Virus record (IMG/VR): IMGVR_UViG_3300042549_004702
Span: 1-60,420 of that record
From: a virus
Lineage: Duplodnaviria > Caudoviricetes
Direction: 5' to 3' (one strand)
DNA length: 60,420 bases
Made by a program: the position numbers and the translations under genes. Shown here piece by piece: positions 46,865 through 57,355 of the stretch. Positions within the stretch are counted from its first letter, which is position 1. Each line of letters begins with the position of its first letter. The notes beneath the pieces are model-generated. The model did no database searches, was not told where the DNA came from, and saw only the letters and a program-made list of their open reading frames with translations.

Positions 46865-49341
46865 TGTCACGTGGTGGAATTGAGGACGATTACAATATTC
46901 TGGTGGGACTGCCTGACGAGTTCCCGAATACCATACTTGCGGCCCAGATCCTTAAGCCTGAGCGACCGGATACACCGACAAGGAATGTGTATTACGCTAC
47001 TCAATCGATTACGCACCTGACCAGGGCATACGAAAACAGGCTCAAGCGTGCTACGCCAATATCAGCAAAGCTCGATGATGGGCTGTCATCCGTCACGATC
47101 ACGATTATCAACGCAGACCTCGATCAGCGATCGGAGGTCTACCCGTATCCAGACCGTTACATCGGATCATTCCTGACGCTGTATCACATCCTTGAAGCTG
47201 AAGATCAGGGCGGATACCTGACTATCTTTGAGGGAATATGCGTTGCTATTCGATACTCGGAGATGTCGATTGATCTTGATTTTGTCGCGGAGACGAATCG
47301 ATCAAAGAATCTCACGTTGCGCACGGTTGGGCACAAATGCCCGTGGGAGTTCAAGGGCGCAGAATGCGGATATAGCGGCGCAGAGACGGTCTGCAACAAG
47401 CTCTACACTGATGCTGGCGGATGTTCCGGCCGAAGCAATCAGCATCGGTTTGGGGGCTTTCCGGGGCGGCCTGACGTAGCAGCGATTGGCAAGTACTCGG
47501 GGCTGGGCGCGTCACCGTCTTACCAGTTGCTTCAGTCCGGAGACAGCATCGTTACGCAGCGAGTGACAACGTCGTTCGACGACACATTCAGCGTTGCCGA
47601 CGACTCCGCCAACAATCGCACGGTAGTTAGCTCGATTACGCCTGACTGGGTCAACGTGCGCGCGCCAAAGTACAAGGCTGCGGCGAGTCTGACCACGACG
47701 ACAGGTACGATAGCGTCAGGGTCGTCTTCGCTTGTTGTCGCAAATGCAAGCGGATGGGAAGTCGGTCACGGTGTGCGCGTGATTGGTGCGGGTACTGTAG
47801 CAGGTACGTCAACGCTTAACGGCGCGATCAATTCGAGCGTTACGACGATCACGCTTGCCAGTACCGCCAACTTTGACGAATACGGAATGGCCAGAATAGG
47901 CAGTGAGATTGTCTACTACTACGGGAAGACATCGACTCAGCTTCAGAACGTGAGCAGAGCATACGAGGGGACATCAGCCGCAAGCCACTTGAACGGCGCG
48001 ACCGTCACACCTTACGAAGATCTGGTCACGACGGTCACGGCGATCAGTGGCACGACATTGACGCTTGCGGCGGCGGCTGGCACAACGGCGACAGGACGCA
48101 CGGTTTACCACGATGATACCTACGCCATAGGGGAAGCACTTAACGACGCTCTGACGGGCATCAGGCCGCTTTATTTGGGGTCTGGCTCATACTACTCAGG
48201 GCCGATTATCATTGATGGCGAAGATCCGGTGACGATTCTTGGCGACGGGCCGGGACGATCAACTATCTACTCGATCCATCCTACTCCGGCAATCATCGTA
48301 GACACCGCGACAGGATCAAGCGGCACGATCCTTTTTCAGGATCTCGGCTTTTACGGTGCTGGCGGTGGAGCTGTCAATCACGGTCTGCGATTTCGCGATA
48401 CCGGAGCGAATGGTATCTACGGTGTGACGCTGCGTAATTTGAAGCTTGAGAACTTTGGCGGAAGTGGCGTAAAGATGGAGTCTGGCACATATGCCACGTC
48501 TACGATACTGATAGAGTCGGTCGATGTTGATCAATCAGTGTATGCGATTGGCGACGCCTTCGATCTCTGGGGCGCGAAAGATCTGACGCTTCTTCGATGC
48601 CAGGTGCGATTCGTACCTGATGGCAAGTCGGGGTATCGAGTGCGATCCGGATCGCCTGTATTCATTGGGTGCACCGGCATATCAAGCGGCACTGATACGC
48701 GATGGGCCACGCTTGGGAACAACGTCACCGATGATGGCGTTGCCAGTTACGTGAAGGCATCGCTCATCGGATGCAGCGTCGCTGAGTTCTCCGGAATTGG
48801 CGTACACTGCAAGTCGGAGTCGGTCGCGAGCTTCTACTCGACGACGATATCCCCGTCTACGACGGGCACGTTGCGCGCGCTCAAGTTTGATTACGTCACC
48901 GCTGATCAGGCCGGCATCTTTGACGCTCAGAGCACTATAGACACTGGTGGTCGCACGTTCACCAATAGTCAGCCAATACACTCGTATAATGCGCCCTTTG
49001 TTCAGATCGGCCATCGCGAGTTTACCCAGTACTACGACACGAATGTGAGCACGGCTGTCAGCTTCCCGGCGATCCGCACCACATCCATCGGATCAGGTGC
49101 AACGATTCAGCAAGCTACCACGCTTGCCGGATATAGCAGGGTCAGCGGCCATACCCTCTACGACGAGCAATCAACACCAGGCACCCCGCCAAGTAATACC
49201 GGATACCTTTACGCAAAAGACATTGGCGGTGTGACGGGGTTATACTGGAAGGCTGATGGAGTTGCGGAACGTCGAATTGACACCCAGACATCGTCAGGCT
49301 CGGCGTCAGGCGATAGAGCCTATGCGTGGTTTATCAGTTAG
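46864..49341 (+). CDS. Tail tip protein (lambda gpL-like Cys domain) fused to a beta-helix tailspike
   Basis: CPWEFKGAECGY...CNK...GC...RFGGFPG; DDTYAI...LYLGSGSY pectin-lyase-like start. Confidence 0.75.
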   Translation: MSRGGIEDDYNILVGLPDEFPNTILAAQILKPERPDTPTRNVYYATQSITHLTRAYENRLKRATPISAKLDDGLSSVTITIINADLDQRSEVYPYPDRYIGSFLTLYHILEAEDQGGYLTIFEGICVAIRYSEMSIDLDFVAETNRSKNLTLRTVGHKCPWEFKGAECGYSGAETVCNKLYTDAGGCSGRSNQHRFGGFPGRPDVAAIGKYSGLGASPSYQLLQSGDSIVTQRVTTSFDDTFSVADDSANNRTVVSSITPDWVNVRAPKYKAAASLTTTTGTIASGSSSLVVANASGWEVGHGVRVIGAGTVAGTSTLNGAINSSVTTITLASTANFDEYGMARIGSEIVYYYGKTSTQLQNVSRAYEGTSAASHLNGATVTPYEDLVTTVTAISGTTLTLAAAAGTTATGRTVYHDDTYAIGEALNDALTGIRPLYLGSGSYYSGPIIIDGEDPVTILGDGPGRSTIYSIHPTPAIIVDTATGSSGTILFQDLGFYGAGGGAVNHGLRFRDTGANGIYGVTLRNLKLENFGGSGVKMESGTYATSTILIESVDVDQSVYAIGDAFDLWGAKDLTLLRCQVRFVPDGKSGYRVRSGSPVFIGCTGISSGTDTRWATLGNNVTDDGVASYVKASLIGCSVAEFSGIGVHCKSESVASFYSTTISPSTTGTLRALKFDYVTADQAGIFDAQSTIDTGGRTFTNSQPIHSYNAPFVQIGHREFTQYYDTNVSTAVSFPAIRTTSIGSGATIQQATTLAGYSRVSGHTLYDEQSTPGTPPSNTGYLYAKDIGGVTGLYWKADGVAERRIDTQTSSGSASGDRAYAWFIS

Positions 49342-49353
49342 GAGTCCTTCAAT

Positions 49354-52300
49354 ATGCTTATCGTCCTTGATTCTACTACTCGAAAACTTCAAGCCAAGAT
49401 GTCTATGGCTGCGATGGATCTTAATTGCTCAGTGACGTGCACGTATGGCGACAGCACATCAAGCACGTTCGTTGAAGGCATCTATCCGTCAACCTTAAAT
49501 GGAACAACACTGGTAGACATCCTGCCGGCTCCTGCTGCGTCTACTCGGCGAGTCGTCAAGTCGATTATTCTGTTCAACGACGATACTGACACGCACACTA
49601 TTACTTTGTATCTCGCAGATGGCGCAGCAAGTTACCCTATCACGAAGGTAACTTTAGCTCCGGGTGCAAGTTGGGCCAGCGATGATCAGAGTGGCATAAA
49701 TATTGGCGGAGCAGTCACCGACGGAAGCAAGGGCGATATCAATGTCAGCGGCGGTGGTACGACATGGACGATTGCAACTGGTGCTGTCAGTACCAGTAAG
49801 ATGGGCGGCGACATTACCGCGGCGGGTAAAGCGTTACTCGATGATGCTAATGCGTCGGCTCAACGAACGACGCTAGGGTTGGGGTCTATTGCAACTCAGA
49901 ATTCGAGCAGTGTTAGTATTACGGGTGGCTCGATTGCAGGTATCACCGATCTTGCCATTGCTGATGGTGGCACGGGACAATCGACGCGACAATCCGCAAT
50001 GGATGCGTTGGCCGGATCTGTCACTAATGGTCAATTTTTGCGGGGCGATGGTGCTAATGTCTTAATGGCCGCAATCAAAGCGTCAGACGTCCCCACGCTT
50101 AATCAGAACACGACAGGTACGGCATCGAACGTAACAGGTACGGTCGCAGTTGTGAATGGTGGCACAGGCGCAACGACTGCGAGCGATGCGAGAACGAACT
50201 TGGGACTTGGCACTATCGCAACTCAGAGTTCGGCGAGTGTCAGCATCACAGGCGGATCGATTGCCGGTATTACGGATCTCGCAGTGGCCGACGGTGGAAC
50301 GGGCGCATCTACAGCCGCCAACGCTTTGACCAATCTTGGGGCATATCCGGCAAGCAATCCAAGCGGATATACCAGTAATACGGGAACCGTCACGTCAGTA
50401 GGTGGCACGGGAACGGTCAACGGCATTACCTTGACTGGCTCAGTTACCACATCGGGCAACCTGACGCTTGGCGGGACATTGAGCAATGTGAGCTTAACAT
50501 CGCAAGTAACAGGTACTCTACCGATCGCTAATGGTGGCACGGGGCTAACTGCTACGCCAACAAATGGTCAAATCGATATCGGCAATGGAACCGGTTTTGC
50601 GCGAACAACCTTAACAGCTGGATCAAATATTACGATCACCAATGGCGCAGGCACTATTACTATTGCCTCGACGTCATCAGGAGTGACAGATACTGATAAG
50701 GGCGACATTGTTGTTAGCGGTGGTGGTACCGTTTGGACAATCGACTCGGCTGTAGTGTCGAATGCAAAACTTGCCACGATGAACGCAAATACGATTAAAG
50801 CTCGTGTTGCTGGATCTACAGGCGCACCTGAAGACGCGACGCTAACTCAGGTACTTGATCTTACGGGCGGATCTGCTCAGGGTAGTATTCTATATCGAGG
50901 TGCTAGTACGTGGACGACTTTGGCACCTGGCACCACTGGTCAGTTTCTGAGAACGAACGGATTTGCGGGTAACCCTGAATGGAATACTATTCCCACATAC
51001 GACGTTACAGGCACAAATACTGGCGATCAGAATGTATTCAGCGTCGTTGCCGTTGCTGGTCAATCTAATATTGTCGCCGACACTACGTCGGATACACTGA
51101 CTATTGCAGCTGGTAGTAACATTACAATTACGACAAACGCGACATCGGATACGCTCACTATTGCTTCGACAGCCGCAGGCGTCACGAATGGCGATAAGGG
51201 CGACATTGTAGTATCAGGTAGCGGTGATGTTTGGACGATTGATTCTGGCGTAGTGTCGAATGCAAAACTAGCTACTATGAATGCGAGCACGATCAAAGCT
51301 CGAATCACCGGTTCAACGGGCGCACCTGAAGATGCAACAATGACGCAAGTACTTGATCTTACCGGCGGATCGGCGCAGGGTAGTATTTTGTATCGAGGGG
51401 CTAGTACGTGGACAGCCTTAGCCCCTGGTACTTCTGGTCAGTTACTGCAAACTCAAGGAGCAGGCGCGAATCCTGCGTGGGCTGGCTTAACTGTCGGAAC
51501 ATCGGCAATATCTAATGGTAGTTCAGGTCGCGTACTATACAATAATAGTGGAGTGCTTGGAGAGTTGGGCACAACGGGTAGCGGTAACGTAGTGCTTGCA
51601 ACTGGGGCAAATGTTGTAAACTTGGTACTATCAGGCACATTGTCAGCGAGTGGTGGAATCGGCACAAGCGGTCAGGTATTGCAAAGTACAGGCTCTGGTG
51701 TTCAGTGGGCGGCTGGCGGTGGCGGTGGTGTTAGTGCTAATTTTTTAATCAATGCTGACTTTGCTGTTAGTCAACGTGGAACCTCTTTTACCAACTCGAC
51801 AACTAATAACGCAACCCCCAATACTGATGGCAACTATTTATTAGATCGCTGGGTGTTGTTGAGTAATGGTAATAATATTGTCAATGTGACCCAAGGTTCC
51901 GCGTCAACCAATACACTAAATATTGCTACGGATGTCACCTTCACGGCGGTATCAGCTCAAAAATTTGGTTTCTTTCAGCCTATTGAAAACATCAATTGCC
52001 GTAGTTTGCGAAGCACGACGGTTACCTTTAGTTTTTATGCACAGGTATCCAATACCCGAATGGGTAATATTAAAGCGGCTATTGTGCAATGGACTGGTAC
52101 GACTGATAGTATTACTCGCGATATTGTTTCAGCATGGGATACAGAAGGCACTAATCCTACGTTAGTTACATCTTGGTCATATGTAAACTCTTCGCCAACT
52201 GATTTAGGTGTTACCACTTCATGGGTAAGGTATTCAGTGACGGGTACTATCAGCGCGTCTGCAAATAATATTGGCGTGTTTATTTGGTGCGATGATACCA

Positions 52301-52773
52301 CGTTTGACGCAAGTGATACCCTAACCATAGCTGCGGCAAAATTGGAAACAGGCACTACACCAACCTCTTTTGAGGCGTTGGATTATGCAAGCAATATAGC
52401 TCAGTGTCAGCGATATTACTATCGACGGGTAGCTGATAGAATAGATGACGTTATCTGCATGATTACAATTTATAGTATAACTTCAGGCGGTGTATGGGGC
52501 ACACTAGTAAATATGCCAGTTGAGTTGCGCATAGGTAATCCCACCTGTAGATATTCCTCGGTCACACATATGTCGATTGTGTCAATTACCGGTACGGCGA
52601 GGTTTGCCATTACCTCTGGCGGCAGTCTTAGCGGCAGTAAAAGGTCACTTACCGCCTTTGGTGGTTTAACGTCATCGTCATTTATTAACGCGGCTAATTA
52701 CGCAAACGGTATGGCCTTATTTATTGTTTTTAATACAGCTAGTGGATGGTTTGATGCTGCGGCTGAATTATGA
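49354..52773 (+). CDS. Long tail fibre
   Basis: Repeated LAIADGGTG and KGDIVVSG...WTID units; C-terminal NFLINADF...CQRYY domain. Confidence 0.85.
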   Translation: MLIVLDSTTRKLQAKMSMAAMDLNCSVTCTYGDSTSSTFVEGIYPSTLNGTTLVDILPAPAASTRRVVKSIILFNDDTDTHTITLYLADGAASYPITKVTLAPGASWASDDQSGINIGGAVTDGSKGDINVSGGGTTWTIATGAVSTSKMGGDITAAGKALLDDANASAQRTTLGLGSIATQNSSSVSITGGSIAGITDLAIADGGTGQSTRQSAMDALAGSVTNGQFLRGDGANVLMAAIKASDVPTLNQNTTGTASNVTGTVAVVNGGTGATTASDARTNLGLGTIATQSSASVSITGGSIAGITDLAVADGGTGASTAANALTNLGAYPASNPSGYTSNTGTVTSVGGTGTVNGITLTGSVTTSGNLTLGGTLSNVSLTSQVTGTLPIANGGTGLTATPTNGQIDIGNGTGFARTTLTAGSNITITNGAGTITIASTSSGVTDTDKGDIVVSGGGTVWTIDSAVVSNAKLATMNANTIKARVAGSTGAPEDATLTQVLDLTGGSAQGSILYRGASTWTTLAPGTTGQFLRTNGFAGNPEWNTIPTYDVTGTNTGDQNVFSVVAVAGQSNIVADTTSDTLTIAAGSNITITTNATSDTLTIASTAAGVTNGDKGDIVVSGSGDVWTIDSGVVSNAKLATMNASTIKARITGSTGAPEDATMTQVLDLTGGSAQGSILYRGASTWTALAPGTSGQLLQTQGAGANPAWAGLTVGTSAISNGSSGRVLYNNSGVLGELGTTGSGNVVLATGANVVNLVLSGTLSASGGIGTSGQVLQSTGSGVQWAAGGGGGVSANFLINADFAVSQRGTSFTNSTTNNATPNTDGNYLLDRWVLLSNGNNIVNVTQGSASTNTLNIATDVTFTAVSAQKFGFFQPIENINCRSLRSTTVTFSFYAQVSNTRMGNIKAAIVQWTGTTDSITRDIVSAWDTEGTNPTLVTSWSYVNSSPTDLGVTTSWVRYSVTGTISASANNIGVFIWCDDTTFDASDTLTIAAAKLETGTTPTSFEALDYASNIAQCQRYYYRRVADRIDDVICMITIYSITSGGVWGTLVNMPVELRIGNPTCRYSSVTHMSIVSITGTARFAITSGGSLSGSKRSLTAFGGLTSSSFINAANYANGMALFIVFNTASGWFDAAAEL

Positions 52774-52779
52774 GGAGCC

Positions 52780-53022
52780 ATGATGTACCAATACACAGAA
52801 TCAGATACAATAATAAAACGACTTACAGATAACGCCTATATTCCATGCAACTTAGAGAATCCTGACTATCGTCTTTTTTTGTTGTGGCTAGATGAGGGTA
52901 ATATACCAACTCCGGCTCCCGTAGTTGCTCCTGAGATTGCCGCACCCTCAATCAACGAACGCCTTGAAGCCGCAGAACTGATGATTGACCTAATGCTCGA
53001 CACTCAACAGGGAGGCGCGTAA
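52780..53022 (+). CDS. Tail fibre-associated small protein
   Basis: AYIP...NPDY...WL-x-EGN-x-P motif common after fibre genes. Confidence 0.7.
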   Translation: MMYQYTESDTIIKRLTDNAYIPCNLENPDYRLFLLWLDEGNIPTPAPVVAPEIAAPSINERLEAAELMIDLMLDTQQGGA

Positions 53023-53267
53023 TGGCAGAGATAGCGATCACCCCGCAGTATCGATTGATACTGAATCGCTGGACGGCTGGCACTATCACGATTCGACAAG
53101 TAGAGTTGTTCGTAAAAACAAAATGGCTGACGCGCGAACAGGCTGACGACATATACACGCACGATCGAGCGCAGACACCGCTTGTGATTGCCGATCCGTA
53201 CAGCCCCGAGACCGTCACCACGTACCGCATAGCTTTTGACGATAATCTGATCCATAGTGAGGTATAG
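53022..53267 (+). CDS. XkdX-like small protein
   Basis: FVKTKWLTREQADDI. Confidence 0.55.
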   Translation: MAEIAITPQYRLILNRWTAGTITIRQVELFVKTKWLTREQADDIYTHDRAQTPLVIADPYSPETVTTYRIAFDDNLIHSEV

Positions 53268-53315
53268 GTCGCGACCTAAAAACGCGCTACAGGTCAATTG
53301 TGGGGCTTGATTTTT

Positions 53316-54728
53316 ATGTTTGATAGCACCAATCTGTACTACGATCCGTCTGATCCGAATCAACCATACGATCCATCACTTCCGCCTGGCGGTGGAGGCT
53401 CAGGCAGTGGTGGGCCGCCGTCACCTGTACCACCATCACCAGACAAGACCCTGACCGAACTGCAGATCGACGAGAATGCCACGCTTGCTCTTGCCTATGG
53501 CCAGCACGTGGTAGCGGGTAACCTTGTCGAGTATGAGCACACGTCCGGCCCTCCGCCTTCGTGCAAGTTTATCGTTGCGCTTGGTAATGGCCCGTGGAAC
53601 GCGATATCACGCGCCTGGTATGCGGGCGAGTCGATTTCAGCGTCTGCAAGCTCGACTACTCCGGGATACAAGTTTCATCCTGGCACGTTGTCCACAGGTA
53701 CGGGAGACGCTGTGCAAGGATTGCCGATGTTCTTTCCGTCGTCACCGACGTACTCGCGCACGGCATATTCTGAGGTACTGCTGTCAACGGATCAGTCAGT
53801 AGAGGAGCGGCCAGATAAGTTCCGCGCTGTGTGCGAATGCCTAAAGGTTGCGGATTATGACAGCGTTGGTAACCTCGTTGATGCCGGATCCTACTCGACG
53901 AATCCGGCGCGTATTGCGGCTGATCTGCTTCAGCGTGCGGGGCTTCTGACTCGCGTTGACTGGGCAAGCTGGACGACGTGGAAGAACTATTGCGACGTGC
54001 TTATTGCGTGGGGTGGATCGACCATCAAGCGGTTTGAGTCGAACCTTGTGCTAACTCAGTCGATGTCGATACTGAATGCGTTGACGATTGTATGTCAGTC
54101 AAGCTGCACGTATTGGCAGGACAACGGCCAGTCGATCGAGTTCTTGCCGGTACTGAGTTCGTCGAATGTCGTGCTTGAAACTCACGCCTTCACCGAGTCG
54201 AATTGCCGAAGTGTGAGTCTGTACGTGGCGGATCAGCGAAGCCTTCCGACTGGGTACAAGGCGACGTTTCGTGATGTGGATACCGAGTACCTTGAAGAGG
54301 TGTCGGTCGAGTATTTCGATGCTGATCTTGAGGAGTACACGAGCGGCCAGAATCGCGTAGAGATACAGCTACCGCCGATGAAGCGATCGCAGGCAGAGCG
54401 CATTTGCTATTGGCGCACGCAGCTTGACGGAGTGTGTAATGCTGGCATCGAGCTGATAGCGTTTGGCGATGCTTACGCCTTGCTTCCGGGTGACTTGATT
54501 ACGATCGCGCACGAGTTACTGCTGCCGTCGAATGCAGTAGAAAGCTCGTTGTTCGGATCTCACGTGTTTGGGTCAACTCGCTTTTGGGAGAGGTCAAGTC
54601 CGATCTATCGCGCAATGGTGACAGAGACTGAGGAGCTTGAGGAAGGGCCGCAGCTCAAGCGCATTCGGGCAAAGATCCTAGTAACTACTCCATACTCAGA
54701 CACCGCGCACTCAGTACCTGTGCCATAA
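53316..54728 (+). CDS. Tail tip/hub protein (gpJ-like core)
   Basis: LAYGQH, YSTNPA, YCD, LLPGDLITI. Confidence 0.75.
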   Translation: MFDSTNLYYDPSDPNQPYDPSLPPGGGGSGSGGPPSPVPPSPDKTLTELQIDENATLALAYGQHVVAGNLVEYEHTSGPPPSCKFIVALGNGPWNAISRAWYAGESISASASSTTPGYKFHPGTLSTGTGDAVQGLPMFFPSSPTYSRTAYSEVLLSTDQSVEERPDKFRAVCECLKVADYDSVGNLVDAGSYSTNPARIAADLLQRAGLLTRVDWASWTTWKNYCDVLIAWGGSTIKRFESNLVLTQSMSILNALTIVCQSSCTYWQDNGQSIEFLPVLSSSNVVLETHAFTESNCRSVSLYVADQRSLPTGYKATFRDVDTEYLEEVSVEYFDADLEEYTSGQNRVEIQLPPMKRSQAERICYWRTQLDGVCNAGIELIAFGDAYALLPGDLITIAHELLLPSNAVESSLFGSHVFGSTRFWERSSPIYRAMVTETEELEEGPQLKRIRAKILVTTPYSDTAHSVPVP

Positions 54729-54740
54729 GGAGACTTGATT

Positions 54741-55073
54741 ATGCCGACATTGCCATATCAGCCCAGCTACGTGATATCAGGACGACAACTTCAGAATGCC
54801 GTTGTGGACTACTCCGATGATCGTACTCGATTCGGCCGCACGAAGGCGGGACGATACTTTGAGTACGACTTGGAATTCAAGAATCGCCAGCTTGACGAGT
54901 TCCAGGCATTCCAGACCTTCTACAACCAGAACTTTCCGGCGACCGCCTTTGACTGGCTTGAGCCATATCAGAACGTGACGCATACTGGCTACTTCATTTC
55001 AGCGTTAGAGTATCAGATCAATTTCGACAATTCGATTGATTACAAGGTGCGAATTCAGACGACGACTACTTGA
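54741..55073 (+). CDS. Distal tail/gpM-like minor tail protein
   Basis: 110 aa; F-x-x-FY...AFDW-x-x-P pattern. Confidence 0.6.
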   Translation: MPTLPYQPSYVISGRQLQNAVVDYSDDRTRFGRTKAGRYFEYDLEFKNRQLDEFQAFQTFYNQNFPATAFDWLEPYQNVTHTGYFISALEYQINFDNSIDYKVRIQTTTT

Positions 55074-55204
55074 CGAGGATGTTGGTTCTTGGTATCCTTT
55101 ACTCGAAATTTGAGGCTATCAAGTTTTGGGACTATCCCTGAGAACATGTAACTTTTGCCAAGACGCATGTTCTCAGGGTACTAAAATTCTCCCTGGCAAA
55201 AACG

Positions 55205-55237
55205 AAAAGGCCGCGCCATTATTGACGCGGCCTTTTT
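55205..55237. terminator. Bidirectional intrinsic terminator
   Basis: AAAAGGCCGCG-N10-CGCGGCCTTTTT between the convergent arms. Confidence 0.85.
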
Positions 55238-55262
55238 GCTTTGTTGGTCGATAGCTACTATC

Positions 55263-56360
55263 TCAGATCCTCATCGGCATCACGATATACTGGTAATCGT
55301 AGTCACCGTCATCTGTGGGTCTCATCACGATCTGTGACGCACTGTCCTTGTAGTCGATGGTCATATTTACAGCATTGCAAGCGGTGAAGAAGTCGGCCAC
55401 GTACCCAGACTTCAGCCCTATCGACTGACCTATCAACGCTTCCGGGACGTTTGACGGCACATCCTCGCCAGCGTCTCCCACGTCCTGAGATGCAGCCGAT
55501 ATACTCACGAGGTCGCGATTCATCGTCAGCTTGACCGACGATGACTGAGCGTCTGCAACCAACGCAACTCGACGTAACGCAGACGCAAACTCTTGAGCGT
55601 TGACTGCGATCCGCTCAGGATGATTCGCCATCACAAGCCGATAGTTAGGGAACTGACCAGCAAGTACACGGCTGGCAATGACGCGCTTGCCGACCTCAAA
55701 GAACACCGTAGTGTCTTCGTATCCGATCGATATAGTGTCCGATGACGACGCCAGTTTTGACACAAGGTCGAGTGTCTTGGCGGGAATCAGCACGTCAATA
55801 GGCGCGCCTTCGTAGTACACGTCACGCTCGATGTATGCCATTCGGTGACTGTCTGTGGCGACCATTCGCGCCTTGCCTTCGGCCAGTTCAAACTTGACGC
55901 CATTGAGCGCGTATCGCGATTCTTCCTTCGATGCGGCGAACTGTACGCGATCAATCATTGTGCTGAGAATCGATGCAGATATCGGTAGCAGGGAAGAAGG
56001 AGCAGTGCGCCTGTCGGGATATCCGTCAGGGTGAGTTGTCGAAAGCCTAAATCGGCTGCGCTGGCACTTGATCACGGCTTCGGTGTCGTTCGTGGTAATC
56101 GTGATCTCAGCGTCTGGCAGTGCCTTTACGATGTCGTGAAAACGCTTTGCGGGAATGCACGCTGATCCTTCGCTATCGATCGTCGCATCAGCGAAGGTCG
56201 CGATATGCACGTCAAGGTCTGTAGCTCGAAGATTCAATCCCCCACTCGTTGAGGATATATGCACATTTTGGAGTATCGGAATTGAGGACTTGCGCTCAAC
56301 TGCGCCTTGCAGGAATGCGAGTTCTTTGAGGAGTGATGATTTGCCTATTCTGAAGTTCAT
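55263..56360 (-). CDS. dnaN: DNA polymerase III beta sliding clamp
   Basis: IPIL, ATDLD, SRYALNG, ATDSHR, GQFPNY, IVMPMRI. Confidence 0.96.
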   Translation of the reverse strand: MNFRIGKSSLLKELAFLQGAVERKSSIPILQNVHISSTSGGLNLRATDLDVHIATFADATIDSEGSACIPAKRFHDIVKALPDAEITITTNDTEAVIKCQRSRFRLSTTHPDGYPDRRTAPSSLLPISASILSTMIDRVQFAASKEESRYALNGVKFELAEGKARMVATDSHRMAYIERDVYYEGAPIDVLIPAKTLDLVSKLASSSDTISIGYEDTTVFFEVGKRVIASRVLAGQFPNYRLVMANHPERIAVNAQEFASALRRVALVADAQSSSVKLTMNRDLVSISAASQDVGDAGEDVPSNVPEALIGQSIGLKSGYVADFFTACNAVNMTIDYKDSASQIVMRPTDDGDYDYQYIVMPMRI

Positions 56361-56587
56361 TTGTTGTCGTTTCCTTTTGTGTTGTTGAGGTTGTCGGTGT
56401 CGAGTGAGTCCGGCCAGTCGGTATCAGATATCTCGATACCTGGCATTGTCGATATGTTGACCGCCGGTTCGGACTCGTTGTAGGTCTGAGTGATCGTCAC
56501 TCCGTTGCCCTTGCCGTGATTGATCAGTAGCCCCGTGATTACGCCCATTGCGTAAATAAAGATCAGGGCTGCGGTAGTTGTGTCCAT
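56357..56587 (-). CDS. Small single-TM protein with acidic tail
   Basis: MDTTTAALIFIYAMGVITGLLI; stop overlaps the dnaN start. Confidence 0.55.
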   Translation of the reverse strand: MDTTTAALIFIYAMGVITGLLINHGKGNGVTITQTYNESEPAVNISTMPGIEISDTDWPDSLDTDNLNNTKGNDNK

Positions 56588-56616
56588 AGTGAATAGCCTT
56601 TCGTGTAGTGGCCGTT

Positions 56617-57291
56617 TTAGACCAGCAGCAGCCCGTAGCCAAACGCTTTGCCCGTGCCTATACCATCGCATAGGGCAAGCCTGAAGTCGTCAGCGTTGGT
56701 GACGCGAAGTGTTCCGGCAAAGTCGATGCTGGTGAAGGTCATTCGACGGTCGCCATATCCGCTGAGGCTCGATGCGGTCACGAGCTGGCGACCGATCTTG
56801 TGTTCAGGCTGTCCGCACTTGCTGAGATGGAGAACCTCAAAGCCTGACTGTTCAGACTTGCGCTTGAGCCAGTCGTGCCAGCCGGACTCGTCTCTGATGG
56901 CGACTCGCTTTCCGTTGATGCCGTTCTTGCTGGATAGTCGCTTGGTGGGATTGCCGCGAAGGAGGAAGGGCATTACCTCGTCAGTGGTGATAGCGTCGTA
57001 CCTGGAAGCGATGCTGGCGCACGACGACTCTTCGATATTGTCGAAGTAGTCGAACGGTATACCATTGGCAGACCAGTCAGGCAGGATGCGTGACTGGACG
57101 ATGATCCGCGGGCGGTGGAGAGTGTCGTCGGTCTCGAGTCGATAGAGGACTCCGAAGTGGCGGCGTGACTCTTCGATGTTCGGCATCTCCGGGAAGGCGC
57201 GCATCAGTCGCCGATGAAGCGCGTGACAGTCTTCAAGCTCCATCTGTACGATGCGCCGTGTGTGGTTTGGGTATAAAACCGAGACGAACAA
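56617..57291 (-). CDS. cas6e: Type I-E-like Cas6 (Cse3/CasE) endoribonuclease
   Basis: HALHRRLMRAFP, VLYRLE, VQS-x-x-x-PDW, LRGNPTKR, WLKRK, G-loop GIGTGKAFGYGLL. Confidence 0.92.
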   Translation of the reverse strand: MFVSVLYPNHTRRIVQMELEDCHALHRRLMRAFPEMPNIEESRRHFGVLYRLETDDTLHRPRIIVQSRILPDWSANGIPFDYFDNIEESSCASIASRYDAITTDEVMPFLLRGNPTKRLSSKNGINGKRVAIRDESGWHDWLKRKSEQSGFEVLHLSKCGQPEHKIGRQLVTASSLSGYGDRRMTFTSIDFAGTLRVTNADDFRLALCDGIGTGKAFGYGLLLV

Positions 57292-57355
57292 TGTGGTGAT
57301 CCTTTCTGTGTGAGAGGCTGGAAGTCCTGATTTTACTGCATTATTGTCATTTCCC

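Noticed and set aside
49354-52773. Diversity-generating retroelement acting on the fibre
   Set aside because: No reverse transcriptase seen; the duplications are in-frame protein repeats with differences not limited to adenines
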